Shown piece by piece: positions 1-12,239 of a DNA stretch of 64,000 bases. The translations under genes were made by a program, and so were the position numbers. The notes beneath the pieces were generated by a model that had not been told where the DNA came from, made no database searches, and saw nothing but the letters and a program-made list of their open reading frames with translations. Position 1 is the stretch's first letter, and each line of letters opens with the position of its first letter. The stretch comes from Malacoraja senta. Its lineage: Eukaryota. The DNA lies in NCBI GenBank assembly GCA_038087875.1, contig CM075992.1, positions 7,132,001 to 7,196,000 of the forward strand. The letters run 5' to 3'.

Positions 1-1017
1 AAACAGTTCGAAACTGAAGTTACCTCTGAAGTCTCTGAAGTGGCTGCAGAAATGGATACAAGATCTAAGAAAGACTTTGATGACTTGAAAAAATCAATGA
101 AAAATTTGAAAGATGAGATCTCGGATAATAGGGTGGAAGATAAGAAGGAAATGAAGGAAAATTCGGCAAAAATGATGGAAGGAATGCAGAAGATGATGAA
201 GGATTTAAATGCTGGTAACCAGAAGAATATGACGGATTTACTGGACACTATGAATAAACGAATTGATGAGGTGAAAGATGGACTATCAGAGAAAATGGAT
301 AAGATGGATGTAATTACTACGGATAAGTTCACGGCTGTACTTGAAACAGTAGCTGCAAGTATGCAGACAATCACGGAATTGGAGAAAAATACGGCACGAC
401 TTGTTGAAGACATGGCGAAACTGAGGCAAGAACATGAGCAAATGAGGCGAGAAAACGAACAAGCATCACTACAAATGGGGACTCAATTAGAGAAAGTCTC
501 ATTCAAATGCCTGGACCTGGAAGCTCGTTCTAGACGCCAGAATCTGAGGATTCTTGGTGTTTCAGAGGGGGCAGAAGGGGAACAGGTACGTGAATTTGCC
601 ATGGGCTTGTTGAAACAACTGTTGAATCTTCCCAAGGAACCGAAAATCGAAGTGGCTCATCGTGTCCCAAGATTTGGAAAAAGATTTGATGCGGGAAAAG
701 CTTATCCACGACATATTATAGTGAAATTTCGAGATACTGCAGAACTGGAATATGTTATGACCCATATCAAATATGGTGTACAATTACGGCTGGACAAAGA
801 CACTATTAAGATATTCAGGGACTACCCACATGAAATTGTGCAAAAAAGAAACAAATTTGATAAGGTTAAAGATCTTTTAAGAGGGAGAGAAGGGGTCAGA
901 TTCGGGGTTTTTTATCCCGCTAAAATGCGTATTTCTTTTAATGGTCTTGAAAAGTCATTTGTTAAGCCTGAAGACGCTTTCAAATATGCCCAAACGATTG
1001 TTGAAAGACAGAAATAA
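1..1017 (+). CDS. L1 ORF1p (coiled coil + RRM/CTD), 5'-partial
   Basis: Frame is open from base 1; heptad-rich N-terminus followed by the L1 ORF1 motifs LEARSRRQNLRILG, AHRV, PRHIIVKF and FGVFYPAKMRI. Confidence 0.93.
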   Translation, partial: KQFETEVTSEVSEVAAEMDTRSKKDFDDLKKSMKNLKDEISDNRVEDKKEMKENSAKMMEGMQKMMKDLNAGNQKNMTDLLDTMNKRIDEVKDGLSEKMDKMDVITTDKFTAVLETVAASMQTITELEKNTARLVEDMAKLRQEHEQMRRENEQASLQMGTQLEKVSFKCLDLEARSRRQNLRILGVSEGAEGEQVREFAMGLLKQLLNLPKEPKIEVAHRVPRFGKRFDAGKAYPRHIIVKFRDTAELEYVMTHIKYGVQLRLDKDTIKIFRDYPHEIVQKRNKFDKVKDLLRGREGVRFGVFYPAKMRISFNGLEKSFVKPEDAFKYAQTIVERQK

Positions 1018-1823
1018 AAGGGAGCTTTGGCAGATCCGAATAATTCTCAGCTATGTTTTGTCTGGGGATAGTTACACTGTTATCTCCGGAATGTTGAAGC
1101 AAGGACATTTTCTGTTCAAAACGTGTAAACAACTTTATAACGGGATATGAATTAGAAAATAATTGCTTATTGATTAAAATGTTATAACCAATTGTAAGAA
1201 CTTATCCTATTAACAACTTTAAAAGTTATGCAGGTTAGATTAGAATACTAACAAAAAAAACAAAAAAAATAATGAACTAACATACTAATATGAATTTTTA
1301 ATAAATTGTAACCTTGTCTATAAGCAGGAGGAGGGGATGAGAAACGAGCTCCTGGCTTATGTCCAGGAGCACGTCTCGTTAACCCCTTCAACCAACAGCT
1401 GATTCTTATTGAAATCAAAAATATTGGTTTAATAATTAAACTCTGATATATATATATGTTATAAGGAAATATCAGGGTAAAATTGTATTATATATATGAA
1501 TGTGAGGCCTCGTTTTAATATTTTAATATGTTATGATTAACTAAGAGAGCGGAGCGAGTTGAGCAACAACGCAATGGAAGTCAAAATAAGGTTTTTTCCC
1601 ACCTACAGGTGGGTCACTTGCTACAGTGCCGACTATAGACACTGTAGCCTCACTCTTTTAGTTTTTTTTTTATTACATAAAATCACTTGTTTGTGTTTTG
1701 TGTTTAGTGATAAGAATAATATGGACATACCAACAAAAGTTAATAATTCAAAAACTCCCCCAATACCTAAAGACCTGGGATATGGACGCACCACAAGATT
1801 CAAAGGTACTATAATTATTCAAA

Positions 1824-4800
1824 ATGCATGACACCACACAAAAGAACCTAGGAGGAGTCTCATTTTGTAGTTGGAATATAAGAGGCATTAATGAACCTAT
1901 CAAAAGGGGTAAGATATTAGCTCAGCTAAAAATGTATAATTCTGACATTACCTTCCTACAAGAAACACACCTAAAACCTCAGGACCAAGTTAGGCTGAGG
2001 GCGAAATGGATAGGTCAAACATACCACTCTTCATTCACTTCAAAATCTAGAGGCACGTCAATTATCATAAGAAAAGGTATACCATTTAAAGCAAAGAATA
2101 TTATAACAGATATAGAAGGGAGATACCTAATAGTTAATGGAGAAATCCATGACACTCCACTTACTTTGGTAAATATATATGCCCCTAACTTTGATAACCC
2201 CCACTTTTTCAATAAAATCTTCAATATAATTGCAGAGTCAAACTATCAAAATGTTATAATAGGCGGAGACTTTAATTGTGTTTTAGACCCGTACTTAGAT
2301 AAATCAAGTCAAAAACAGAGAGGGAATATGAAATCGAAAACTGGGGAACTCCTCAATACCTACATAAACAACACTAATATAGCAGATGTTTGGAGAATTG
2401 TGAACCCAACTGGCAGGGAATATTCGTTTTACTCAATGGTACATAAGACATACTCACGTATAGACTACTTTCTGCTGGATACAAAATTAATCCCCCAAAC
2501 ATCTAATGCAATATATCATACAAATTCAATTTCAGACCATTCTCCACTAACTTTCTTTTTAAAACTGGAAGGATTGTCTAAGAATAATTCATTCTGGAGA
2601 TTTAACTCTCAAATTTTAAAAGATCCACAAGCGAGTATATATTTAAAAGAACAAATGGAGGTCTTTTTTCAAACAAATGATACTTCAGATATATCGCCTA
2701 CTTTACTTTGGGAATCTTTTAAAGCATACATTAGGGGTATTATAATTTCATATCAAGCTTTTCAAAATAAAAAGAATAAGAATGAACAAAGACAGTTAGA
2801 AGAACTTATTAGACAAATGGATATAGATAATGCTAAAGATCCAACAATAGATAAACATAATAAAATAATAATTTTAAAATTTAAATTAAATAAATTATTA
2901 TCTGCCAAACTTATAAGACTTTTTCAAATTACAAAACAAGAGCACTTTGAATTTGGGGATAAACCGCATAAACTTTTGGCTCGCCAGCTAAAAAAACGAG
3001 AAAAGGAACATACTATACCAAAGATCAAATCAGATAAAGGGGAATTATTAACAACACCGAAGGATATTAATAAAAGATTTGCGCAATTTTACGAGAATTT
3101 GTATACATCTAAAACGATAATTGATTCCAATAATATCACAAAGTTCTTGGATACCTGTAATCTTCCAAAGTTAGAGCTGAAGGAACAAGAGGAACTGGGT
3201 GCACAAATCTCAATTAAGGAATTAGAAGATACAATAAACTCACTAAAAAATGGAAAAACACCAGGCCCTGATGGATTTACTAATGAATTTTATAAAAACT
3301 TTTATGAAAAAATAATACCAAGATTACAAAAAATGTACCAATACGCTTTTAAAAAACGAATACTACCTGATACATTAGCGGAATCAACGATTACATTAAT
3401 ACCTAAGAAAAATAAGGATTTAGAAGATCCTGGCTCATATAGAGCTATAGCATTGTTAAACACAGATCAAAAAATATTAGCGAAAACATTAGCCAGAAGA
3501 TTAAGTAAATACATTAGTAAATTAATAAACCCAGATCAGACAGGGTTTATCCCTAAGAGATACTCTTCTAATAATATGAGACGTCTACTCAACATAATGC
3601 ACTCACACAAATCTGAAGATCAAGAATTATCAATTATTTCGCTGGATGCTGAAAAAGCATTTGATCAAGTAGAATGGAATTATATGGATAAAGTATTACA
3701 AAAATTTCAACTGGGAGAGAATTTTATTTTATGGATTAAGTTACTATATAACAAACCTACAGCTAGAATACTTACTAATAACATATTATCCTCGAAATTT
3801 CAACTATCAAGGGGAAATAGACAAGGATGCTCATTATCACCACAGCTGTTTGCTCTCATTATTGAACCGCTAGCAGAAAAAATTAGAATACACCCTGATA
3901 TTCATGGATATAATACTAAAGACTCATATAATAAAATATCTTTATACGCGGATGATATATTATTGTATATTACAAAACCTCAAATCACTATACCAAATAT
4001 ATTAAATTTAATTGAAGACTTCGGATCTTTTTCTGGATATAGAATAAATTGGAATAAAAGTGAAATTATGTCAATAAAACCGAAAGATTCAACACATCTT
4101 TTAAAATTCCCTTTTAAAATAGCTACAGAAAAATTTAAATATTTGGGAATCGAAATTACCAGAGCATATCAAGGTATGCTCAGGGCAAATTTTGACCCCC
4201 TACTTAATAAACTGAATACATTAATTAAATTCTGGAAAACGCTTCCGATGTCTTTAATAGGCCGAATAAACGCAATAAAAATGATCTTTTTACCACAAAT
4301 TTTATACCTATTTCAATCAATTCCTATATACTTACCTAAGAAGTTTTTTAAAAAACTCGACTCAGATATCACTAATTTTATATGGGACTATAAATCACAT
4401 AGAATACAAAAAACCCATCTGAATAAATCTAAAGTATTGGGAGGTCTAGCACTACCCAATTTTATGTATTATTATTGGTCAGTAAATATTAAAAACATGA
4501 TTCAACTGATGGATAACTCCGCCCAGCAAGTAGACTGGATTGTAATGGAGAAAGAGGATTGCTCCTCTAGAAACATTGGAGCGATCCTCCTCTCTCCAAT
4601 GAAATTGAATAACATAAACTATAATAAGAACCCAATTATTCATAGTACAATCCGTATTTGGAAACAAATAAAACAAAATTTAAAATTAAGAAACTTATCA
4701 CTTTTATTACCTATAGTCAATAACCCTTCGTTTAGTCCTTCTATTATAGATAAAGCTTATACACAATGGGATAGACTAGGAATTAAAACGCTTGGTGACT

Positions 4801-5615
4801 TGTATGAAACTGGAAAATTACTTTCATTTCAACAATTACAAATAAAATATAAACTCGGAAATAATCAATATTTTAAATACTTTCAAATATGCGACTATTT
4901 GAAAAAATATATAAAAGATCATCATAATAACCCAGCAGATGTACTGGACGAGGCAATGCAGACAAAAGCGGAATCAGCAAACTTAATATCATATTTGTAC
5001 AATATTATCTTAAATGTACAAATACCATCTACGGAGGGTATCAGAAGAGACTGGGAACAAGAGTTAGCTATTAAAATTTCAAAGGAAAGTTGGAATGAAT
5101 ACTTATTAAAAGTACATAAATGCTCGATTAATGTAAGACACACTTTAATACAATTTAAAATTTTACATAGATTATATTATTCGAAAACTAAAATTCATAA
5201 AATTTTCCCAAACGTATCATCTATTTGTGATAAATGTCAATCCCAAGAAGCAACTATAGCGCACTCATTTGTCTTCTGTACAAAAATTCAAAAATTTTGG
5301 AATGAAATTTTTGAAATCTTTACAAAGTTATTTAAAACAAGACTGATACCCAAAGCAGAATGGATTATCTTCGGAATAACGGAAGATGATCCAGAACTAA
5401 ATGTGTTTCAAAAGAAATTAATGGATTATGGGTTAATAACTGGAAAAAAGCTAATTCTAAAATTTTGGAAGAAGGCTCCAATACCAACTATAAATATGTG
5501 GATTTCAAATATGTTTGAAACACTACACCTTGAAGAGATAAGACTCCTCCTAGCAGGTAAACCAGATCACTTCCACCTGACGTGGTCTGCATTTATAGAA
5601 TTATTACAAACATAG
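1824..5615 (+). CDS. L1 ORF2p, 1263 aa: APE endonuclease, reverse transcriptase and C-terminal CCHC
   Basis: SWNIRG, LQETH, NIYAPN, GGDFN, SRIDY, SDH (EN); GPDG, DQTGF, LDAEKAFD, RQGCSLSP, YADD, KYLG (RT); CDKC..H....C; no stops or frameshifts. Confidence 0.98.
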   Translation: MHDTTQKNLGGVSFCSWNIRGINEPIKRGKILAQLKMYNSDITFLQETHLKPQDQVRLRAKWIGQTYHSSFTSKSRGTSIIIRKGIPFKAKNIITDIEGRYLIVNGEIHDTPLTLVNIYAPNFDNPHFFNKIFNIIAESNYQNVIIGGDFNCVLDPYLDKSSQKQRGNMKSKTGELLNTYINNTNIADVWRIVNPTGREYSFYSMVHKTYSRIDYFLLDTKLIPQTSNAIYHTNSISDHSPLTFFLKLEGLSKNNSFWRFNSQILKDPQASIYLKEQMEVFFQTNDTSDISPTLLWESFKAYIRGIIISYQAFQNKKNKNEQRQLEELIRQMDIDNAKDPTIDKHNKIIILKFKLNKLLSAKLIRLFQITKQEHFEFGDKPHKLLARQLKKREKEHTIPKIKSDKGELLTTPKDINKRFAQFYENLYTSKTIIDSNNITKFLDTCNLPKLELKEQEELGAQISIKELEDTINSLKNGKTPGPDGFTNEFYKNFYEKIIPRLQKMYQYAFKKRILPDTLAESTITLIPKKNKDLEDPGSYRAIALLNTDQKILAKTLARRLSKYISKLINPDQTGFIPKRYSSNNMRRLLNIMHSHKSEDQELSIISLDAEKAFDQVEWNYMDKVLQKFQLGENFILWIKLLYNKPTARILTNNILSSKFQLSRGNRQGCSLSPQLFALIIEPLAEKIRIHPDIHGYNTKDSYNKISLYADDILLYITKPQITIPNILNLIEDFGSFSGYRINWNKSEIMSIKPKDSTHLLKFPFKIATEKFKYLGIEITRAYQGMLRANFDPLLNKLNTLIKFWKTLPMSLIGRINAIKMIFLPQILYLFQSIPIYLPKKFFKKLDSDITNFIWDYKSHRIQKTHLNKSKVLGGLALPNFMYYYWSVNIKNMIQLMDNSAQQVDWIVMEKEDCSSRNIGAILLSPMKLNNINYNKNPIIHSTIRIWKQIKQNLKLRNLSLLLPIVNNPSFSPSIIDKAYTQWDRLGIKTLGDLYETGKLLSFQQLQIKYKLGNNQYFKYFQICDYLKKYIKDHHNNPADVLDEAMQTKAESANLISYLYNIILNVQIPSTEGIRRDWEQELAIKISKESWNEYLLKVHKCSINVRHTLIQFKILHRLYYSKTKIHKIFPNVSSICDKCQSQEATIAHSFVFCTKIQKFWNEIFEIFTKLFKTRLIPKAEWIIFGITEDDPELNVFQKKLMDYGLITGKKLILKFWKKAPIPTINMWISNMFETLHLEEIRLLLAGKPDHFHLTWSAFIELLQT

Positions 5616-6237
5616 GGTGCAAAAGTACTTTAAAAAAATAAAAAATTGAGGTCGGGTAAGGGGGGATGATAGTTGAAGAGTTGGTATGTCCTATTTACGT
5701 GATGCTCAAAAAAAAAACATTTGTTTTTCTTTTTTTTCTCTCTCTCTTTTCTTTTCTTAGGGCCTATTTCTTAACTCTTTTTTTTTTTTGTTTTTAATTT
5801 CGCTTTCATAGGGTCCTCGTCCTTTTTTTTTTTGTTGTTACATTTTCTACACTTTTCTACACTTGCACTTTTTCCTTCACTTTCTTCTCTCTTTCAATCT
5901 TTTCTTTCTTTAGCGTAAAAAAAAAAATAAAGGGAGTACATTAATTGTAAGAAGATATAAATGACGAGTATTAATGTATGTGGCTGTGATGTAATGTACT
6001 TCTAATAAATAAAAATTAAAAAAAAAAAAAAAAATAACTATTTGTTTTTCGATATAATGACTTTAATGTAATTAATATCCCAAGGCACCTCAGGAGCATT
6101 GACAAATAAAATTTCACACTAAGTCAAGCAATCAAAAGCTTCATCAAAGAAGTAGGTTTCAAAGAGCACTTTAAAGGAGAGTCTGAAGAAGGGTCTCGAC
6201 CCGAAACGCCACCGATTCCTTCGCTCCATAGATGCTG

Positions 6238-7649
6238 CGGGGAATTACAGACCAGTTAGTCTAACATCGGTGGTGGGGAAAATTCTGGAGTCAGTTATTA
6301 AAGATGGGATAGCAGCACATTTGGAAAGTGGTGAATTCATTGGACAAAGTCAGCATGGATTTATGAAAGGTAAATCATGTCTGACGAATCTTATAGAATT
6401 TTTCGAGGATGTAATAGAGTGGATAAGGGAGAACCAGTGGATGTGTTATATCTGGACTTTCAGAAGGCTTTCGACAAGGTCCCACATAAGAGACTAGTAT
6501 GCAAACTTAAAGCACACGGTATTGGGGGTTCAGTATTGATGTGGATAGAGAACTGGCTGGCAGACAGGAAGCAAAGAGTAGGAGTAAACGGGTCCTTTTC
6601 AGTATGGCAGGCAGTGACTAGTGGGGTACCGCAAGGCTCAGTGCTGGGACCCCAGCTATTTACAATATATATTAATGATCTGGATGAGGGAATTGAATGC
6701 AACATCTCCAAGTTTGTGGATGACACGAAGCTGGGGGGCAGTGTTAGCTGTGAGGAGGATGCTAGGAGGCTGCAAGGTGACTTGGATAGGTTGGGTGAGT
6801 GGGCAAATGCATGGTAGATGCAGTATAATGTGGATAAATGTGAGGTTATCCACTTTGGTGGCAAAAACAGGAAAGTAGACTATTATCTGAATGGTGGCCG
6901 ATTAGGAAAAGGGGAGATGCAACGAGACCTGGGTGTCATGGTACACCAGTCATTGAAAGTAGGAATGCAGGTGCAGCAGGCAGTGAAGAAAGCAAATGGT
7001 ATGTTAGCATTCATAGCAAAAGGATTTGAGTATAAGAGCAGGGAGGTTCTACTGCAGTTGTACAGGGTCTTGGTGAGACCACACCTGGAGTATTGTGTAC
7101 AGTTTTGGTCTCCTAATCTGAGGAAAGACATTCTTGCCATAGAGGGAGTACAGAGAAGGTTCACCAGACTGATTCCTGGGATGGCAGGACTTTCATATGA
7201 AGAAAGACTGGATAGACTCGGCTTGTACACGCTAGAATTTAGAAGATTGAGGGGGGATCTTATAGAAACTTACAAAATTCTTAAGGGGTTGGACAGGCTA
7301 GATGCAGGAAGATTATTCCCGATGTTGTGGAAGTCCAGAACTAGGGGTCACAGTTTAAGGATAAGAGGGAAGTATTTTAGGACCGAGATGAGAAAATCAT
7401 TTTTTACACAGAGAGTGGTGAATCTGTGGAATTCTCTGCCACAGAAGGTAGTTGAGGCCAGTTCATTGGCTATATTTAAGAGGGAGTTAGATGTGGCCCT
7501 TGTGGCTAAAGGGATCACGGGGTATGGAGAGAAGGCAGGGATGGGATACTGAGTTAGATGATCAGCCATGATCATATCGAATGGCGGTGCAGGCTCGAAG
7601 GGCCGAATGGCCGACTCCTGCACCTATTTTCTATGTTTCTATGTTTCTA
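6238..7649 (+). mobile_element. 5'-truncated CR1 LINE (RT C-terminal half and 3' UTR), inserted into a Penelope-derived repeat
   Basis: [35 protein letters not shown]; (TTTCTATG)n tail; frameshift near 6412 and TAG at 6815; the host repeat resumes at ~7650. Confidence 0.95.
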
Positions 7650-7781
7650 ATGCCTCACCCATTGAGTTTCTCCAGCATTTTTGTCTACTTTCGATTTTTA
7701 CAGCATCTGCAGTTCTTTCTTAAACACTTTGAAGAAGCATGCGGGTGAGGCAGTGTAGCTGCAAATAATCAAATAATGATA

Positions 7782-8700
7782 GGTAGACAAAAATGCTGGA
7801 GAAACTCAGCGGGTGCAGCAGACTCTGAAGACGTTGCCTATTTCCTTCGCTCCATAGATGCTGCTGCTGCAACCGCTGAGTTTCTCGAGCATTTTTGACT
7901 ACCTTAGAATTTCCAGCATCTGTATCAAATATCATTTATTGTCATTCAGACTTTTCAGTCTGAACAAAATTTCGTGCCTTGCAGTCATAACATAGAATAA
8001 AATAACAAAACACACAATAAACACAGATTTAACATCCACCACAGTGAGTCCACCAGGCCCTCCTCACTGTGATGAAAGGCAAAAGTCTTAAGTCTTTGTC
8101 TCTTCCCTCCTTGTTCTCCCTCTGCGTTGAGGCGATCCAAGCTTCCGATGTTGTGACCCCACCGGGTGATGGTAAGTCCTACGTCTGAATCCGAGCTCCG
8201 CAAACAGGCCGGTTTAAACTCCGCGGCCCGGGGCAGTCGAAGCTGCCACCCTCCAGTCCAGCGGACGAAGCTGTTGTTGCGGGAGCTCCGGAGAACAGGT
8301 TACCAACCTGGGACCTGCGAGCTCCCGACGTTATCGTCCACTGGGCCCGCGGCCGAAGTCGGGTCGCCGCCGCCGCCGCAACAGCCCCGAAGTCGGCCAG
8401 CCGCGCATTGGTAAGTCCTGGCTGGCTCTGCCTCCGGAGCCTCGAGGTCGGTCCCAGTTGGAGGCCGCCAGCACCGCCATTAGGCCTCAGCGCAGACGAC
8501 AAGCAAAGGTCGCATCCCCGCCAAGAAAGAGACTAAAACAGTTTCTCCCACCCCCCCACACATACACAACTAAAATAAAACTGAAACAAATTGTGATAAT
8601 GGGACGAAAAAACAACAAAAAAGAAAAAACAAATGGACTGCAGGCGAGCCGCAGCTGCTAGGGCAGCGCCGCCACTTCCATCTGCAGTTCCTTATTAAAC
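7782..8700. mobile_element. Penelope-derived fold-back repeat with a 14-bp TSD, interrupted by a second element
   Basis: Inverted GTAGACAAAAATGCTGG... arm plus forward arm; TSD ATCAAATAATGATA at 7768-7781 and 8701-8714. Confidence 0.8.
7923..8678 (-). mobile_element. Non-coding ~756-bp retro-element (SINE-like or internally deleted Rex1/L2-type)
   Basis: CATCTG TSD at 7917-7922 and 8679-8684; minus-strand 3' end ...ATGACAATAAA with a short tandem tail; GC-rich body; no RT ORF. Confidence 0.7.
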
Positions 8701-9045
8701 ATCAAATAATGATAAACAGCTTGTCAGTATGGAAGTGCTAAAATCTAAGGAATCAGAGAAGGTTATGGTTGGAGAGTAGAGAAACCTATGCCAGGTTGCT
8801 ACTGTGGTGAGACTGAGATGTTCCCGACAAGGATAAGAATAAACCTAACCATCTGGCCCTCACACTTACGCTGGGCTCCTACGGTTGATTGATCAAGTGG
8901 CAAGGACAACAGGTATGGAAATTCTGTGCTCCTGTGTCTTCATGCTGAGCAAAGAGGACCTGAGATAGTGAAAGAGTAGCTTTTGTTTCTACATGTTGTT
9001 ACTGCATGACCCAAGTCCTATCCACTGATGTGTGCAAATACTCAC

Positions 9046-9221
9046 ACTTCCTCTGGGACTCCGGGTTCGATGGTGCGACATTCTCGTGGCTTGTACGCTA
9101 CTTCAATATCGTCTGCAGGAAACTCGAGCAGTTCTCGGAGTGGGCCTGGTTCTGGAGCAGGGGGATGTGATGTCAGGTATTCCTCAAAATCCACAGGCTC
9201 CACCACTTCAGAAAGAGGTAC
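9046..9221 (-). CDS. DOCK6: DOCK6 (DOCK-C family GEF) coding exon 3, 176 nt
   Basis: AG/GT-bounded; encodes [58 protein letters not shown]; the EVVEP/EPGPLR/FPADD/PRECRTxEPG residues favour DOCK6 over DOCK7 or DOCK8 (from recalled sequences). Confidence 0.88.
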
Positions 9222-9284
9222 CTATAATGGGCGTAATAAATTACTGTGGCATCAGGAACATTCAATAGTGCTGTATGAACTATC

Positions 9285-9672
9285 CATAAGCTCGTAAGTG
9301 ATAGGAGCAGAATTAAGCCATCAAGTCTGTTCCGCCATTCAATCATGGCTGATCTATCTTCCCATCTCAACTCCGTCCATAAGTTCATAAGTGATGCGAG
9401 CAGAATTAGGCCATTCGACCCATCAAGTCTACTACACCATTCAATAGTGGCTGATCTATCTCACCCTCCTAACCCCATTCTCCTGTCTTCATCCCATAAC
9501 CTCCGACACCTGTACTAATCAAGAACCTATCCATCTCTGCCTTAAATATATCCACTGACTTGACCTCCACAGCCTTCTGCGGCAAAGAATTCCACAGATT
9601 CACCATCCTCTGACTAAAGAAATTCCTCCTCATCTCCTTCCTAAAGGAACGTCCTTTTATTCTGAGGCTATG
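9285..9672 (-). mobile_element. CR1 3'-end fragments (two tandem 3' tails)
   Basis: Reverse complement of CR1 3' ORF and UTR (…GGCCATTCGACCCATCAAGTC…, GAATTCCACAGATTCACC). Confidence 0.75.
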
Positions 9673-11355
9673 CGGATGAGGCTATCATCCGGTGGTGATA
9701 AAAGAAAAATAAATTAATACAAAGCTAACTTACAACTGACGTGGCAATGAAATATACCCTTGTTCTTGATAGTCAGGATTAAAGGTTAAGCAGTAAGGCT
9801 CAGCCATGTTATGTAACATGGTTATACCAAAGATAGACACAAACTGTTGGAGTAACTCAGCAGGTTAGGCGGCATCTCTGGAGAAAAGGAATAGGTGACG
9901 TTTCGGGTCGAGACCCGTCTCCAATCTCGACCCGAAACGTCACCTATTCCTTTTCTCCAGCGATGCAGCCTGTTCCTACTGTGTTACTCCAACCTTTTGT
10001 GTCTATCTTTATATAACAATGCAATGGCTCAAGAGGAGCCTGCTGCTCCTTTGTTACCATGCACTACACAAGGGTGAAAGGCCTCTAGTTATCGGTGTTT
10101 CACTGTTGATAGAAACCACCCTATCAGTGTGCCTGCAATGGGATTCAACATTCATTACGTCTGAGGGAATCATACGTGCAATCTCTGTGAAGTTCTGCGG
10201 CATGTGCCAAGCTGATTATAGTCACACTCCTTCTCTCATGGTCGCTATCAACAACAGACATAAGCTGTATATATTAACATTTCCATGCAGGAATGATTTA
10301 GATCAAATATTACCACTTTCCCATTACAAAGGCACAAAATGCTGGAGCAACTCAGTGGGTACATTCCAGGAGAACATAGATAAGTGATGTTCACAAAATT
10401 GAAGATAAATTATTGACTAATTTAGGAGATTAACTAACTTCTCGGGAGGAGGGCTAATAGGCAACTGGTGCAGTATGCAACTTTAACAATGCATTATTTT
10501 TATTAACAACTTAGAAACAATACACAATCATATATGTAGTGATGTCCCGCTAAGTTACTCCAGCATGTTGCGTCTATCTACAGAATCATATATGTTCGCT
10601 TGCTGATATCACAAAAAGTATTAACACTCTCACGAGTATAGAAGGAGGCATAGAATAACAAGGGAGACGTGAATAGAAACCTGGAGACATATTCTTGAAT
10701 GGTAAAAGATATGGCAAATAGTTTTCAATATAGTTCAGAATTGCTTGAAAAGTGATGGAATGATGCAGGAAACCGTTTGCTTATAAGTTCATAAGGGCAC
10801 CACTTATATACACAGATTATTAAAATGTAATGACTCTGTCTGGCGACAGTAATGCAGGGTTTCGACCTGAAATATCAACCATTCCATCCCCCTTCCCCCT
10901 CCTCCCTCAATGATGCTGCTCGACCAACTGATTTCCTTCAGTAGATTGTTTGTTGCATTAAAATAATACTGGTCAGGTTAAAAAAAAACCTTAAAGACTA
11001 ATGGAATGCAAGCCTTTATTTTTAAGAGGATTAGAATGCAAAGGGGTAGTAGAGGATACACTACACCAGCAGAAAACATTGGCTAGTGAATATATTAGTG
11101 CTGAAAGTTGTTCTGGGCATCAAATCCAAGGAAGGATATATTGGCCTTTAAGGAAACAGGGTCTAGGTATCTAATCCCATTTCTCTAAGTGATGAAAAGA
11201 CGGGTTGAGATCAAAAAGATTCCAATGAGGTTGCTAGTTCAATCACACATTCTCTTTTGTGTAGTAAAGAACTGCAGATGCCGATTTCGTTTAAATCGAA
11301 GGTAGACACAAATGCTGGAGTAATTCAGCGGGACTGAAGTCGAGACAGAGTCTGA

Positions 11356-11555
11356 NNNNNNNNNNNNNNNNNNNNNNNNNNNNNNNNNNNNNNNNNNNNN
11401 NNNNNNNNNNNNNNNNNNNNNNNNNNNNNNNNNNNNNNNNNNNNNNNNNNNNNNNNNNNNNNNNNNNNNNNNNNNNNNNNNNNNNNNNNNNNNNNNNNNN
11501 NNNNNNNNNNNNNNNNNNNNNNNNNNNNNNNNNNNNNNNNNNNNNNNNNNNNNNN
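11356..11555. other. Assembly gap (200 N), flanked on both sides by Penelope-derived repeats
   Basis: Run of N. Confidence 1.
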
Positions 11556-12239
11556 CTGGAGAGAAGGAATGGGTGACGTTTCAATCAGAAGAAGGGTCTC
11601 GACCCGAAACATCGCCCATTCCTCTCCAGAGATGCTGCCTGTCCCGCTGAGTTACTCCAGCATTTTGTGTTTACACGATGTGACTGGCTTCCTTAACTAA
11701 CCTTTCATTCATGATCAAATGGAATCCCTTTTAATATTTGTAATTTTACACAAAGATTCTATGAAGTCCAGAGATTTTCCACATTCATCTCTAACAAAAG
11801 CTGATATTGTGTTGGGCTACTGAGGAACATGTTTTTTTTCCTGACCCCTGTCATTTTTGCTGTGGATTATGCTCACATTTATAAGGTATTTACCCTAATG
11901 CATGTTGACAGTCAAACCCTGTACTCAATCAAGCAGCTCTGAATTTCCCCAAAACCTCTTTTTCTCCTAGTACTTTACTCTGGATAACAATCAGATTTAG
12001 AAATTACAACTGAAAAGCAATCCTTTAAACAAACTCTGAAACATAAGGGATAAAGAGATTAAACTACCATTCAAACTTTGAGTAGATACAAGCATATATC
12101 TCCAAATCCTAGGCAAGCTGAACACAGAATAGCGGATAGATACAGTATACATTAACCATGTGCTCTCAATGCACACTTTCATGCATCTGGCCACAGTTCA
12201 TGATGCAGTTTGACAATAAGAACAATGATTGCCCAGCGA

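Larger units (their letters stand above)
1..6034 (+). mobile_element. LINE-1 (L1 clade) retrotransposon, near full length (5' end outside window), in DOCK6 intron 3, antisense to the gene
   Basis: ORF1, ~806-bp spacer, ORF2, T-rich 3' UTR, AATAAA at 6004-6009 and poly(A) to ~6034. Confidence 0.97.

Noticed and set aside
8869..8932. Minus-strand AG…GTAAGT segment as DOCK6 exon 4
   Set aside because: Translation does not resemble DOCK6/7 exon 4
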